DNA of 64,000 nucleotides from positions 68,891 through 132,890 of the forward strand of contig JACPJN010000009.1 of the NCBI GenBank assembly GCA_016187515.1, given 5' to 3'. The notes below the pieces were generated by a model, which was given only the letters and a program-made list of their open reading frames with translations, had not been told where the DNA came from and did not search any database. The stretch is from Candidatus Uhrbacteria bacterium. Lineage in GTDB: Bacteria > Patescibacteriota > Patescibacteriia > GWA2-47-26. Positions within the stretch are counted from its first letter, which is position 1. Every line of letters begins with the position of its first letter. Positions 48,546 through 58,736 of this stretch are shown one piece after another. The position numbers and the translations under genes are program-made.

Positions 48546-48899
48546 CTATCGCGCCGCCACTACCCCGGTAGTTGACGACACATATTGCACATCGGTTGCG
48601 GCGATCATGCCGGACTCGCGCACCCAGGCCTCAATCCGTTGCGGCGTCTGCATTTCCGCGCTCTTTAGATTAAGCCGTTTATTTTCAAATTTCAAAGCCT
48701 CAATCCGGCGCTCCAGATCCTTCATTTTGTATCCATGAGTCGAGACGCTGACCATGGTCGTAAGATAAGAAAAGCCAACCGCGATAAGCGCGACCGCTAG
48801 CAAACCGCGCCAGGTTTTACGCGTGCTCATCAGGCGCATTATAAGACCAACTCGCCGCATGGTATGGTGGATTTTCGTAAGGTGGAAATGTCGGGGCAT
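48546..48899 (-). CDS. FtsL-like protein
   Basis: TM plus coiled coil directly downstream of mraZ-rsmH. Confidence 0.6.
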   Translation of the reverse strand: MPRHFHLTKIHHTMRRVGLIMRLMSTRKTWRGLLAVALIAVGFSYLTTMVSVSTHGYKMKDLERRIEALKFENKRLNLKSAEMQTPQRIEAWVRESGMIAATDVQYVSSTTGVVAAR

Positions 48900-48908
48900 A
48901 ACAATTGA

Positions 48909-49003
48909 GTAAATCAAGTGAATCAAGTAAATCAGGTAAATCAGGTAAATCAGGTAAATCAGGTGGCTTGACTTGCCTGCCTCGCTTGATTTACTTGTCT
49001 CGC
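48909..49003. repeat. Six 9-bp GTRAATCAR units plus inverted copy
   Basis: Sister of 7925-8009; shares TGATTTACTTGTCTCGC. Confidence 0.9.
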
Positions 49004-49998
49004 TACAATTTCTCGATAACTCTCATCTTCGCGCTCCGGGCGCGCGGATTTATTCTAATCTCGCTATCACTCGGCACCACTGGTTTTTTGGTAAGTATTT
49101 TTAACTTCTGGTCCGGCCACTGCCGAAAAAACTGTTTGACGATCCGATCTTCCAGCGAATGAAACGCGATGACGGCCAGTCGTCCGCCGCGGTGCAGGAT
49201 TTCCACAGCTTGCGGCAGTACGGCTTGCAAAGCGCCCAGCTCATCATTTACCGCAATCCGCAATGCCTGGAAAGTGCGCGTGGCTGGATGCAATCCGCCG
49301 ATCCAGGGCATGCGATCCGCATTGCTCCCACCCCTCCTCGCCTCCCCTCGGGCAGGGGAGGAAAAATCTTTTCTCCCCCTCTCCGAGGGGGAGTTAGAGG
49401 GGGTGTGCTTACTAAGCTTCTCTCTATACGCTTGCACCACCACATCACTCAGTTGTTTGCTGGTCACCATTGGCTTCTTTTTCCGTTCTTCCACAATGCG
49501 GTTCGCGATCTCGCGCGCTAATCGCTCTTCCCCATATTCCGTGAGTAACTCCGCAAGCTGCTTCTGATTCCACGAGTTCACAATTTCTGCCGCGCGCACG
49601 CCGCGCGACACATCAAACCGCATGTCCAGCAGTTCATCCTTCTCAAACGAGAATCCCCTGCCTCGCTCAAGCGTCGAGGAAGAAAATCCTAGATCAAGAA
49701 GTATTCCCTGCACCGTCCCGAATTTTTGCTCCTTCACAATCGCGGCCAAGTTCCGGAAATTATCATTCACGAGCACAATGCGATTCAAGTATTTTCTAAT
49801 TTCGAATTGCGAATTTCTAATTTCAGTGATGGCGTCTGGATCGGCATCTATACCTAGTAATCTTCCAACGGGCGCGGTGTGCTGTAGGATTGCGGCACTA
49901 TGACTGCCATCACCGATCGTGCAATCCACAAAATTCTGATTCGGTTTAGGGTCAAGGAACTTCAGCGCTTCTTCTACCATGACTGGCACATGGGACAT
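49003..49998 (-). CDS. rsmH: 16S rRNA m4C1402 methyltransferase
   Basis: HVPVM, DLGFSS, LDMR, HPATRTFQALRIAVN, FHSLEDR, NPRARSAK. Confidence 0.97.
   Translation of the reverse strand: MSHVPVMVEEALKFLDPKPNQNFVDCTIGDGSHSAAILQHTAPVGRLLGIDADPDAITEIRNSQFEIRKYLNRIVLVNDNFRNLAAIVKEQKFGTVQGILLDLGFSSSTLERGRGFSFEKDELLDMRFDVSRGVRAAEIVNSWNQKQLAELLTEYGEERLAREIANRIVEERKKKPMVTSKQLSDVVVQAYREKLSKHTPSNSPSERGRKDFSSPARGEARRGGSNADRMPWIGGLHPATRTFQALRIAVNDELGALQAVLPQAVEILHRGGRLAVIAFHSLEDRIVKQFFRQWPDQKLKILTKKPVVPSDSEIRINPRARSAKMRVIEKL
49324..49405. repeat. Family A2 element, in frame in rsmH
   Basis: Peptide TPSNSPSERGRKDFSSPARGEARRGGS. Confidence 0.9.
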
Positions 49999-50001
49999 AT
50001 T

Positions 50002-50433
50002 TTAAATCCCAAACTCATTAAGCGCTTCCGCGTGCGCTTCCATCTCATCTGCGGTTCGCGTCTGATGCGCCCGCCATTTTTCCTTATCCCAAATCTCCAG
50101 CCGCTCCCCTGCCCCCAAAACCACCGCGTCTTTTTGAAGCGCCGCATGATCTTTCAAATAGTCCGGCACCAGAATTCTTCCGAGATTGTCAAGTTCCACC
50201 TCGCTCGCTCCGGAAAACATAAACCGCTTAAAATTTCTGCTGCTTTCGCTGGTAAGCGGCAAGGCGTTTAACTTGGCCGCAAACTCTTCCCAGGCCCGTA
50301 GCGGATATACAAATAAACACCCTTCCAGTCCGCGAGTGACCACCACTTTCGGACCAAGCTCGCTGCGCAGTCGCGCGGGCATCGGAAGGCGCCGCTTTGC
50401 ATCCATTTTGTGCTGATACTCGCCGATAAGCAT
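50002..50433 (-). CDS. mraZ: Transcriptional regulator MraZ
   Basis: MLIGEY, DAKRRL, GLEGCLFVYP, DNLGRILVP, LEIWD. Confidence 0.95.
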   Translation of the reverse strand: MLIGEYQHKMDAKRRLPMPARLRSELGPKVVVTRGLEGCLFVYPLRAWEEFAAKLNALPLTSESSRNFKRFMFSGASEVELDNLGRILVPDYLKDHAALQKDAVVLGAGERLEIWDKEKWRAHQTRTADEMEAHAEALNEFGI

Positions 50434-50532
50434 ACGGATTAAGACCGGCAAAGAACCAAGGACTGGGAGGGAGATAGTGAATCTATTTTGTTTTCGCTTC
50501 CAGTCCCTTATTCCTTGCGTTCATTGGTAAAG

Positions 50533-50572
50533 TTATGCACATTTATCCACAGAGTTATCCACTTCTTACCAC
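50533..50572 (-). promoter_or_regulatory. Phased GTGG(ATAA) repeats upstream of mraZ (MraZ operator-like; include a DnaA-box match)
   Basis: TTATGCACA, TTATCCACA, TTATCCACT, TTACCACT at 10-12 bp spacing. Confidence 0.6.
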
Positions 50573-50705
50573 TTTTGTATTTGTACAGGTATATTATAGC
50601 ACAAATTTTCCCACTGCTCAAACTCTCCCCGCTTACTGAAAAATTCGAAAAAACCCCAGTATTTGGCCAAAATCCTATGGGCCGGCAAAACCTTTGTGGA
50701 TAAAA

Positions 50706-50739
50706 CACCAACCGACCCGGAATTCCGGGTCGGTTGGTG
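50706..50739. repeat. Perfect 34-bp palindrome
   Basis: CACCAACCGACCCGGAA|TTCCGGGTCGGTTGGTG. Confidence 0.9.
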
Positions 50740-50780
50740 ACTACCCTGTCCGACCATGCGGCATGCGCCCTACGCTCTGG

Positions 50781-52343
50781 TTATGGGAGCGCCGCGCCTT
50801 CGGGAAGAGAGCCGTCGGGCTCTTTTACCGCGCCTTTGCTGACTGCTTCATCAATGAGTTTTACGACATCCTTATAAAACGCGCTGGCCTGTTCATATTG
50901 TCCTAAACCGAACGCCCGCCCGGCTTGCTTGACAAGATTGGCTACTTTTTCTTTAACCGGCACACTCAAACGTCCCTTATATTGAAGCATGATGTCCCGG
51001 GCTTCGGCTTGCGCATCTAATGCATCTTGGCGTGCGGCTTCATCCGCGGGGAAACGTGATGGTTGAACAACGGTTTCGGGTTGACCAGGAGCAATCTCGG
51101 ACCCTGGCGCGGGCGCTGCGGTTGCCGGCGCCTCTGGCTGTTTCAAGAGCGCCTTCCGCATCTTGGCGGCATCAATCATCTCCGTAAGTTCTTCACTTTC
51201 CTCAACCGTGGCCGGGAGGGATTGTAATCCTCCCCCAACGGTTATGCCTTCGAGCTCCGCCATGGTCTCGGGAACAACTTCCGCCATATCAACTTTGCGC
51301 GCCTCGCGCGCCAAGGGCGACGCAAATTGAATGAAGAGCTTAAACGCCTGGGAGGATTTCTCCACCGCGTCCGCCCAATCCTGTTCTTCCAGCGCTTTGC
51401 GCGCCTCGCGCGTGAGCGCTACGCCATCCTGATAAAGGGTATCGCGACGCTGAAACTCACGCTTGGCCAAGTCGAGTTTATCGGCATCATCAATACGCTC
51501 AATCTTCCCGACGATTTGCTCGCGCAACGAGGACATCGCTTGCATTTTATTTTCCGCGGATTTTACGCGCCCGCGCGCGGCCTGCGCCAAACCCTTCTCG
51601 ACAATTTGCTTTTTTGCGATTTCCGCTTCCGCGCTCCCGGCGCGCGCCTTAAGCTTCTCTATGGCGGCATCAACTTCAACCGCCTGAACCCGAAGCTCCG
51701 TTTGAAGATCCGCAGTTTGACTAAGCGAAGCCATGACCCCCTGGAGCACCTGCGCCTGGGCCGCCATTTGCGCCGCTGCTTCCAGCGCCTCTTCCGTGCC
51801 TTGTTCATTCAGCGTCTCGACGCGATTATTTAAGCCCTCCACCCGGTTTTCCAGACGTATGACGGTCTCTTCAATTTTCTTTTCCAAGCGCTGCTTCTTT
51901 TGGGCATCCGCGAGCGCGAGTTTTTCTTGGAGGGCGCCAATCTCCTGCGCGCGCCGCGCCGCAAGCTTTATTTTAAGATTTAGCTTTGTCGCGTCATCCG
52001 TAACGCGAACCACTGCTTCGGCAACTCGCTCGGAGGCCAATTTGACCCCGTAAAGGGTATCTCCGGGAGTGTCGTTCTGGGATGCGGCCACGGTGCCTCC
52101 CCCGCCAAGCACGACCGCGAGAATAAGTGCGATAACTGGCATAAATTTGCGTGGTTTAAGTATAAGAAATTGCGGAATTAAAAACTCGAAGGACCTTTGT
52201 GTAATAGGAAGACGGCGCGCTGCTTCTTGTCTTACGCGGGCAAACACCACATTCTTGGCCCGCACCACTGGCGGAGCCGGAGGATGCCACTCTGAAAAAT
52301 CCCTTAAAATTTGCTCAAGTATTTTCTCATCAATTGGCCGCAT
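50781..52343 (-). CDS. DUF5667-like single-TM coiled-coil protein, putative anti-sigma partner
   Basis: TVAASQNDTPGDTLYGVKLASE after TM; directly downstream of ECF sigma. Confidence 0.7.
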   Translation of the reverse strand: MRPIDEKILEQILRDFSEWHPPAPPVVRAKNVVFARVRQEAARRLPITQRSFEFLIPQFLILKPRKFMPVIALILAVVLGGGGTVAASQNDTPGDTLYGVKLASERVAEAVVRVTDDATKLNLKIKLAARRAQEIGALQEKLALADAQKKQRLEKKIEETVIRLENRVEGLNNRVETLNEQGTEEALEAAAQMAAQAQVLQGVMASLSQTADLQTELRVQAVEVDAAIEKLKARAGSAEAEIAKKQIVEKGLAQAARGRVKSAENKMQAMSSLREQIVGKIERIDDADKLDLAKREFQRRDTLYQDGVALTREARKALEEQDWADAVEKSSQAFKLFIQFASPLAREARKVDMAEVVPETMAELEGITVGGGLQSLPATVEESEELTEMIDAAKMRKALLKQPEAPATAAPAPGSEIAPGQPETVVQPSRFPADEAARQDALDAQAEARDIMLQYKGRLSVPVKEKVANLVKQAGRAFGLGQYEQASAFYKDVVKLIDEAVSKGAVKEPDGSLPEGAALP

Positions 52344-52348
52344 ATGAT

Positions 52349-52906
52349 CTAAGTGACGTTACCGCGCGCTAAATCTTTCAATTTTTGAAGCGCCCGATGG
52401 ATGCGGACCGAGGCATTATTTTCCGTAATACCCTGCAGCGCGGCGATTTCAATAACCGAGAAACCTTCCACATGCCGCAAAAGCAAAATATCCCGCTCTT
52501 CCGCATCAAGCTTGGAAAATAACTGGAGCACGAGAGCGTATTCGGTTTTCTTCTCCGGGCTTTCTCGCGCCTGCGCGGGTAATTCAAAACCTTCGGTAAG
52601 CAAAACTTCCAGCGATATTTTGGGAGCTTTGGCGCGATATTGATCAATAATCAAATTGCGCGCAATGCGGTACACCAGCGCATCAACATAATCAAGCACC
52701 TCTTGTTCGTGTCGCTTTAAGTACTCCCACACGCGCAAAAATGTTCCGGAAAGCACATCTTCAGCATCCTCTTTAGAACTCAAACGCAAAAACGCGTACC
52801 GAAAAATCTTGGCCGCGAGGCGATCAAAGAGCTTTTCAAACGCCGCCGGATCGCCAAGCTCTTTGCAGCGCACTTTTTTCACCGGGATGTCCAAAGGTTC
52901 GGACAT
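52349..52906 (-). CDS. ECF RNA polymerase sigma factor
   Basis: DAEDVLSGTFLRVW, YRIARNLIIDQYR, EIAA..VRIHRALQKL. Confidence 0.92.
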   Translation of the reverse strand: MSEPLDIPVKKVRCKELGDPAAFEKLFDRLAAKIFRYAFLRLSSKEDAEDVLSGTFLRVWEYLKRHEQEVLDYVDALVYRIARNLIIDQYRAKAPKISLEVLLTEGFELPAQARESPEKKTEYALVLQLFSKLDAEERDILLLRHVEGFSVIEIAALQGITENNASVRIHRALQKLKDLARGNVT

Positions 52907-52923
52907 AATAAAGCAGACGGGAT

Positions 52924-54402
52924 TTAGTGGAATTTCTTACGCCGCCGCGGCCTGAACCCGCGGCCCCTTAACCTCCGATGATAGCATACCGCAAACCGGT
53001 GCGCTTCGTCACGCACGCGCAAAAGAAAATCCTTATAATTTTCCACAATGCGGACAAGCTCGGGATTATCCTTATCAAAAATTGGCCGGTCTTGCTTGCG
53101 CTTAAAACCTTTGGCAATGCCGACGATGAGAATGTGGAGCCCACCTGCCTGCACCACGTCCCGCGCCGCATTCACCTGCCCCCAACCGCCGTCAATCACG
53201 ATCAAATCTGGCATGGGCCATTCAACCCCCTCTTTCTCCCCCTTCCCAAGGGGGAGATTAAGTGGGGGTCCGGAGCGCTTGAACCGTCGCGCCAGCACTT
53301 CGCGCATCATCGCCACATCATTAATCCCCTGCACAGTTTTAATTTTAAATCTTTTGTATTCGCGTTTGGACGGTTCGCCATTTTGGAATACCACCATTGA
53401 TCCCACTGCGCTAGTGCCGCTGATATTGGAAATATCATATCCTTCGATACGACCGAGGATACTGATCGGCGTAGGGCATAGAGCGTAGGGCGTAGAGCTT
53501 TGCCTCTTTGCTCTATGCTCTATGCCATCTGCCGCCAACACGGCCACATCCCGAATATGCTTCAGCGCAAATAATTTCCTCTTCAGCGATTCGGCCTCCT
53601 CAAACTTTTCTTCACGCGCGGCATTCTTCATTCTTAATTCTAAATTCTTCATTACTTTCGCCTTTTTGCCTTCCAGCATCAAAATCACATTCCGAATATT
53701 TTTCATATACTCTTTGCGCGTGACCGCGCCCACACACACCCCCGGACAGCGGCCGATATGATAATCAAAGCACGGTTTTCGTGGTGATTCGTTTTTTTTA
53801 TTCGTGGTAATTCGTGTCATGCACCGCCACGGAAACCACTTCCGCATCAAATCCAGCGCCGCGCGAATGGAGGAGGCGCTCGTATATGGACCGAACACTT
53901 TGATCGCTCGTAACCCCCTCGCACTCCCCCTTACCCTAAGGGGGAAAAACGAACGATCTCCCTCCCTTAAGGTAAGGGAGGGCTGGGGTGGGTTATGAAT
54001 GGTGGCATATTGTGCCAGCTCATTCCCCCGCACCAGCTGCACCTTAGGAAAACGCTCATTAGTAATAACCACGTAAAGGAATGACTTATCATCTTTTTCC
54101 CTTACATTATAGCGCGGCTGATATTTTTTAATTAAATTCGCCTCCAGTATCAACGCCTCAATTACGCTGTCCGTCACCTGATAATCAATCCGCGCCACCT
54201 CATGCAACATCTCATCAATCGTCCTCCGATACTGTGAACTGTGAACTGACGACTGTGAACTAAAGTACGAGTTTACTCGTATTTTAAGATTCGTCGCTTT
54301 CCCCACATACACCACCTTCCCCTTTTTATCGCGCATCAAATACACCCCTGGTTTGGTGGGAAGTTTGTTGTGTTTGATTTTGATTATCTTTTGGATTGAC
54401 AT
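52924..54402 (-). CDS. uvrC: Excinuclease ABC subunit C (no C-terminal HhH domain)
   Basis: PGVYLM, YVGKA, EALILEANLIK, IEGYDISN, IDGGWGQ, RDEAHRFA. Confidence 0.93.
   Translation of the reverse strand: MSIQKIIKIKHNKLPTKPGVYLMRDKKGKVVYVGKATNLKIRVNSYFSSQSSVHSSQYRRTIDEMLHEVARIDYQVTDSVIEALILEANLIKKYQPRYNVREKDDKSFLYVVITNERFPKVQLVRGNELAQYATIHNPPQPSLTLREGDRSFFPLRVRGSARGLRAIKVFGPYTSASSIRAALDLMRKWFPWRCMTRITTNKKNESPRKPCFDYHIGRCPGVCVGAVTRKEYMKNIRNVILMLEGKKAKVMKNLELRMKNAAREEKFEEAESLKRKLFALKHIRDVAVLAADGIEHRAKRQSSTPYALCPTPISILGRIEGYDISNISGTSAVGSMVVFQNGEPSKREYKRFKIKTVQGINDVAMMREVLARRFKRSGPPLNLPLGKGEKEGVEWPMPDLIVIDGGWGQVNAARDVVQAGGLHILIVGIAKGFKRKQDRPIFDKDNPELVRIVENYKDFLLRVRDEAHRFAVCYHRRLRGRGFRPRRRKKFH
53235..53270. 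repeat. Single family A2 unit, in frame in uvrC
   Basis: Peptide PPLNLPLGKGEK. Confidence 0.8.
53908..53998. repeat. Family A1 element, in frame in uvrC
   Basis: Peptide [30 protein letters not shown]. Confidence 0.9.
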
Positions 54403-54410
54403 AATCCTCA

Positions 54411-54455
54411 CGATCTCCCTCCCTTAAGGTAAGGGAGGGTTGGGGTGGGTTATGA
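54411..54455. repeat. Family A1 arm overlapping DUF559-2 stop codon
   Basis: CTCCCTCCCTTAAGGTAAGGGAGGGTTGGGGTGGGTTATGA. Confidence 0.9.
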
Positions 54456-54815
54456 ACCGTGCTTATCTAGTTCCTCTTTAATCTTCTGCCACACCCCTTC
54501 CAAATTCTGCATCACATCATTATTTCCAAATCGTACTACTTTGATATCTTGTGACGCAAGATATTGTGTCCGCTCATCATCATGCTTTCGATTCGCCTCT
54601 TCCGCATGCTGTCCGCCATCAACTTCTACCGCCAATCTATGTACTGGACAATAAAAGTCAAGCACGTAGAGGCCAACGCTATACTGACGAAAAAACCGCG
54701 CACCCATTTGCTTCCTACTTAATATTCTCCACACGCGCCGTTCGGCCTCCGTTGAATTTTTCCGCAATTCACGGCGCCTTTCTTTTGTGGATTGTCTGTT
54801 ATAAAGATGGTTCAT
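54450..54815 (-). CDS. DUF559 (Vsr-like) endonuclease 2
   Basis: RRELRKNSTEAERRVW, FFRQYSVGLYVLDFYC, LAVEVDGGQH, DDERTQYL, VRFGNNDV. Confidence 0.92.
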   Translation of the reverse strand: MNHLYNRQSTKERRRELRKNSTEAERRVWRILSRKQMGARFFRQYSVGLYVLDFYCPVHRLAVEVDGGQHAEEANRKHDDERTQYLASQDIKVVRFGNNDVMQNLEGVWQKIKEELDKHGS

Positions 54816-54852
54816 AACCCCCTCCAACTCCCCCTTACCTTAAGGGGGAGAG
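54812..54852. repeat. Family A1 arm overlapping DUF559-2 start and uvrA stop
   Basis: TCATAACCCCCTCCAACTCCCCCTTACCTTAAGGGGGAG. Confidence 0.9.
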
Positions 54853-57771
54853 TACGGATTTCAAATACTTCCCGGTCCACGATCCTTTTGCGCGCGCAAC
54901 TTCCTCCGGTGTCCCGATCGCCACCACTTCCCCGCCCTTATCTCCGCCCTCTGGCCCAAGATCAATGATATAGTCGGCACACTTTATTATGTCAAGATTA
55001 TGCTCGATTACCAGCACAGTATTGCCGGCTTGCACCAGGCGTTGCAATACTTCAATCAATTTCCGCACATCTTCATAATGCAGTCCTACAGTGGGTTCGT
55101 CAAGAATATAAAGAATTCGCCCGCGGCGGCGACCTGCCAGCTCTGTACCCAATTTTACGCGCTGAGCTTCTCCGCCAGAAAGCGTGGTTGCCGATTGTCC
55201 CAGCTCAATGTATCCAAGACCAACTTCACGCAATACTTTAAGCCGATCATGGATGTGCGGAATATCGCGGAAGAAACCGTCCGCTTCCTCGATCGTCATA
55301 GATAGCACGTCAAAAATGTTCTTGCCTTTGTATAATACTTCCAGCGTTTCACGATCAAATCGTTTGCCTTTGCACACATCGCATTTTACATACACCGTTG
55401 GCAAAAAATGCATTTCAATGGCAATCAAACCATTGCCTTCGCAGTTCTCACAACGTCCCCCGCCGCGATGCGTAGACACATTAAAGCTAAACCGGCCCGG
55501 CTTGTATCCACGCATGCGTGACTCCGGAAGCGCGGCAAACAAATCGCGGATATGCGTGAACACGCCAGTGTATGTGGCGGGGTTGCTGCGCGGGGTGCGC
55601 CCTATCGGCGATTGATCTACTTCCACTACCCCATCAAGATATTCCAGGCCCAGAATTGCTTTGTGGCGCCCAGGCACATAGCGCGCCAGATTATACCGAT
55701 TAGCCAGCGCTTTGTACAAAATATCATTGACCAGCGTGCTTTTGCCGGAGCCGGACACGCCGGTAACGCACACGAAACGGCGCAATGGAATTTCCAGTGT
55801 GAGGTTTTTGAGATTATTCTCCGAGGCGCCGACAATTTTGAGACGCTCTTTTGAGTTAGTGCGCCGCGAAACAGGAAGTGGGATTGATTTTTGTCCGGAC
55901 AGGTATTGGAGGGTGAGTGACTCATAACTCCCCTTCGTAACCCCCCTATCCCCCCTTACCCTAAGGGGGGCACGTTTTCGTGTGTCCCCACTTTCAACCC
56001 CCTCCCTTAAGGTAAGGGAGGGCGGGGGTGGGTTATGCAACAACTCCTTCAACTCCCCCTCCACCACAATATGCCCGCCCGCCTTCCCCGCCCCCGGCCC
56101 TAAGTCCACAAGATAGTCAGCCGCGCGAATCGTGGCTGGATCATGCTCTACCACAATCACGGTATTGCCAAGATCACGCAGCTCCAAAAGGGTCTTGATA
56201 AGCCGCTCGTTGTCGCGCTGGTGTAAGCCGATCGTTGGCTCGTCTAGCACATACAATGTTCCGGTTAAGCGCGAGCCAAGCTGGGAAGCCAGCCGAATCC
56301 GCTGGGCCTCACCTCCGGAAAGCGTACCGGCGCGACGATCCAGCGTAAGATAATCCAGTCCAACATCCAGCATAAATTTCAACCGACTGGTTATTTCGCG
56401 CAGCACGGGGAAAGCGATTTCGAATTCGGTATCCGACAGTACGATTTCATAACTCCCCCTACCCCCTCTTACCCTAAGAGGGGGGTTTTGTTTTTCTCCT
56501 CCCCTTAAGGTAAGGGGAGGTTGGGAGGGGTTATGAGCCATGAATCCTAATTGATTGAAAAAATCGTATGCTTCCACAATATTCATTCCGGCAACTTCCA
56601 CAATACTATGTCCGCCAACCTGTACATGCAAACTTTCCTTCCGCAAACGCGCGCCTTTACAAGCTAAGCACACTTTTTCGGAAAAAAGCGACTCGGTGCC
56701 TAAACCATGACACTGCGTACACGCGCCATATGGACTGTTGAATGAAAACAGCCGCGGCTCAATTTCCGGAAATGAAAATCCATCGTCAGGGCAGGAGAAT
56801 TTACTTGACATGATGAGCTCGGAGACCCCCTCTGAATCTCCCCCTCCGAGAGGGGGAGAAACCGATTTTCCTCCCCTACCCGAGGAATCTCTCCCCCTGC
56901 CCGAGGGGGAGATAAAGAGGGGGTGGGAGGGAGGGGTGGGAGCACCTCCACCCACAAGTATTGTCACGACATCGTGTCCGTATTTCAGGGCTGTTTCAAT
57001 CGCTTCAGCCAAATGCGACCGCAGGGCTTTGTTTCCATCAATGGGCCAGCCAATTGGCACACGATCAACCACCAAATCAATCGTATGCGCCTTGTATCGC
57101 GCCAGCACAATGCGCTCTTTTAACTTTTTCAAAACGCCATTAACGCGTACTTCCGCAAATCCTTCGTTATACAAATCGTAAAGCATTTGGTGATACTCGC
57201 CTTTGCGGCCGCGAACTATTGGGGCGAGAACCGTGATAGCGTCAGTGCTCGTAACCCCTCCTGCACCTCCCCTTACCCTAAGGGGAGGAACCGATCGGTC
57301 TCCCTCCCTTAAGGTAAGGGAGGGTTGGGGTGGGTTATGAAGTCGTTCTAGCACAATGTTCACCATTTCTTCAACAGTAAGTTTTTGAATCGGCTTTCCG
57401 CACGCTACGCAATGCGGCCGCCCGACCCGCGCGAAAAGCACCCGCAGATAATCATAAATCTCGGTAATCGTCGCGACGGTGGAGCGCGGATTAGCGCTAT
57501 GCGCTTTTTGATCAATAGAAATCGCGGGCGAGAGTCCTTCAATTTCGTCCACATCCGGCTTATCCATTTGTCCTAAAAACTGCCGGGCGTAGGCGGAAAG
57601 CGACTCCACATACCGGCGCTGGCCTTCAGCAAAAATCGTATCAAATGCCAACGACGACTTTCCTGATCCGGAAAGTCCGGTAAACACAATCAGCTTATTG
57701 CGCGGCAGCGTAAGATCAATGTTTTTTAAATTATGCTCCCGCGCTCCACGGATGACTATTTGATCGCTCAT
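54835..57771 (-). CDS. uvrA: Excinuclease ABC subunit A
   Basis: [42 protein letters not shown]. Confidence 0.98.
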   Translation of the reverse strand: MSDQIVIRGAREHNLKNIDLTLPRNKLIVFTGLSGSGKSSLAFDTIFAEGQRRYVESLSAYARQFLGQMDKPDVDEIEGLSPAISIDQKAHSANPRSTVATITEIYDYLRVLFARVGRPHCVACGKPIQKLTVEEMVNIVLERLHNPPQPSLTLREGDRSVPPLRVRGGAGGVTSTDAITVLAPIVRGRKGEYHQMLYDLYNEGFAEVRVNGVLKKLKERIVLARYKAHTIDLVVDRVPIGWPIDGNKALRSHLAEAIETALKYGHDVVTILVGGGAPTPPSHPLFISPSGRGRDSSGRGGKSVSPPLGGGDSEGVSELIMSSKFSCPDDGFSFPEIEPRLFSFNSPYGACTQCHGLGTESLFSEKVCLACKGARLRKESLHVQVGGHSIVEVAGMNIVEAYDFFNQLGFMAHNPSQPPLTLRGGEKQNPPLRVRGGRGSYEIVLSDTEFEIAFPVLREITSRLKFMLDVGLDYLTLDRRAGTLSGGEAQRIRLASQLGSRLTGTLYVLDEPTIGLHQRDNERLIKTLLELRDLGNTVIVVEHDPATIRAADYLVDLGPGAGKAGGHIVVEGELKELLHNPPPPSLTLREGVESGDTRKRAPLRVRGDRGVTKGSYESLTLQYLSGQKSIPLPVSRRTNSKERLKIVGASENNLKNLTLEIPLRRFVCVTGVSGSGKSTLVNDILYKALANRYNLARYVPGRHKAILGLEYLDGVVEVDQSPIGRTPRSNPATYTGVFTHIRDLFAALPESRMRGYKPGRFSFNVSTHRGGGRCENCEGNGLIAIEMHFLPTVYVKCDVCKGKRFDRETLEVLYKGKNIFDVLSMTIEEADGFFRDIPHIHDRLKVLREVGLGYIELGQSATTLSGGEAQRVKLGTELAGRRRGRILYILDEPTVGLHYEDVRKLIEVLQRLVQAGNTVLVIEHNLDIIKCADYIIDLGPEGGDKGGEVVAIGTPEEVARAKGSWTGKYLKSVLSPLR
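55922..56037. repeat. Family A1 element, in frame in uvrA
   Basis: Peptide [13 protein letters not shown]...[16 protein letters not shown]. Confidence 0.9.
56447..56536. repeat. Family A1 element, in frame in uvrA (90 bp)
   Basis: Peptide [30 protein letters not shown]. Confidence 0.9.
56824..56943. repeat. Composite family A2 element, in frame in uvrA
   Basis: Peptide [40 protein letters not shown]. Confidence 0.9.
57249..57340. repeat. Family A1 element, in frame in uvrA
   Basis: Peptide [30 protein letters not shown]. Confidence 0.9.
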
Positions 57772-57818
57772 ATTGACATCTTCTTTTCTCTGTATTAAAC
57801 TCCGTATGGAGGTACACC

Positions 57819-58232
57819 ATGGCAAAAAAGCAACGTCCTTTGCAACTCCCATCTTCAACTCCAACCTGGGTGATGTTTCTCGCGATCGCCACCGCGCTAC
57901 AACAAATGCAACTGGCACGCTTCAGCATGGCCACGATTGCAAAGCGTCTCCGGCCCCGTGAGCGGAAACACACTCTGCGGCATTATGCTTCGCTCAACTA
58001 TGTTCTTTTTGAGAGGGAAGTGCGAAACAGGCATGTGGTCGGTCAGATCAGTCCCGCGGTTCTGGACGCCCTGCTGACTGCGATGAGGGAAACGCTGGGC
58101 ACCTCTTGGACCATCAACCGTTTCTGGAATCTGCTGGGTAATTCGGGTGACAAAGCCCAGCGGACACTAACCAACTTGACGAGCCGCATCCTGGCGCGCG
58201 CCCGCACCCTTGCCCACGGAAAATCACAGTGA
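57819..58232 (+). CDS. Hypothetical protein
   Basis: GGAGG RBS, divergent from uvrA. Confidence 0.6.
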   Translation: MAKKQRPLQLPSSTPTWVMFLAIATALQQMQLARFSMATIAKRLRPRERKHTLRHYASLNYVLFEREVRNRHVVGQISPAVLDALLTAMRETLGTSWTINRFWNLLGNSGDKAQRTLTNLTSRILARARTLAHGKSQ

Positions 58233-58429
58233 CGAAACCCCCATCTTCCGGAATCAGTCCGGAGCAAGTCCGCGCCGTGCTCGAAACACTGCAGGCGGCC
58301 GCACTTTCCCATCAAATCCAGTTTATCGCCTACTTGGTAGGTAATACATCGGGAATCAATCCCGATTTGGTAGCTACCATCGCCAGAATGGCGTCTGCAA
58401 AACTCCGTGCCAATCAAAAACCCAACTAA
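58229..58429 (+). CDS. Small hypothetical protein
   Basis: GTGA overlap with upstream ORF. Confidence 0.45.
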   Translation: MTKPPSSGISPEQVRAVLETLQAAALSHQIQFIAYLVGNTSGINPDLVATIARMASAKLRANQKPN

Positions 58430-58655
58430 CCTGGGGCAATACTCTGCCGCAAAGCTGTACTGCTCTGTTCCCCGGCCCGCTGCTGACCCGCGCTCCACCC
58501 AAGACGCGCGGATCACCAGCCGGCCGGTTTTTTTAATTTCTCCCAAAATGCAAGCGAATGCGATGCATTTTGATTGGAGAAATTAACCCGCCAGCTTGTG
58601 GGTGCCACTGAACCGAAGCGCAGCGTAGGCATGCGCGGCGCTGCGAAAGGCGGGT

Positions 58656-58736
58656 CCCCTCCCTTAGGTTAAGGGAGGGCAGGGTGGGTTACGAGCGATT
58701 CATAACTCCCCTAACCCCTCTTACCTTAAGAGGGGG
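58656..58736. repeat. Family A1 arms head-to-head with 5-bp spacer, overlapping uvrB stop
   Basis: ...GGGTGGGTTACGA-GCGAT-TCATAACTCCCC... Confidence 0.88.

Noticed and set aside
50533-50703. Replication origin
   Set aside because: Only two perfect DnaA boxes, no dnaA/dnaN nearby, and MraZ operator explains the pattern.
52924-52980. uvrC as a pseudogene because it ends soon after RDEAHRFA
   Set aside because: Both nuclease domains are intact with no frameshift seen; a short natural form is plausible.
54835-57771. In-frame inserts as inteins or self-splicing introns
   Set aside because: Far too short, no intein C/S...HN termini or group I/II cores; they are hairpin doublets.
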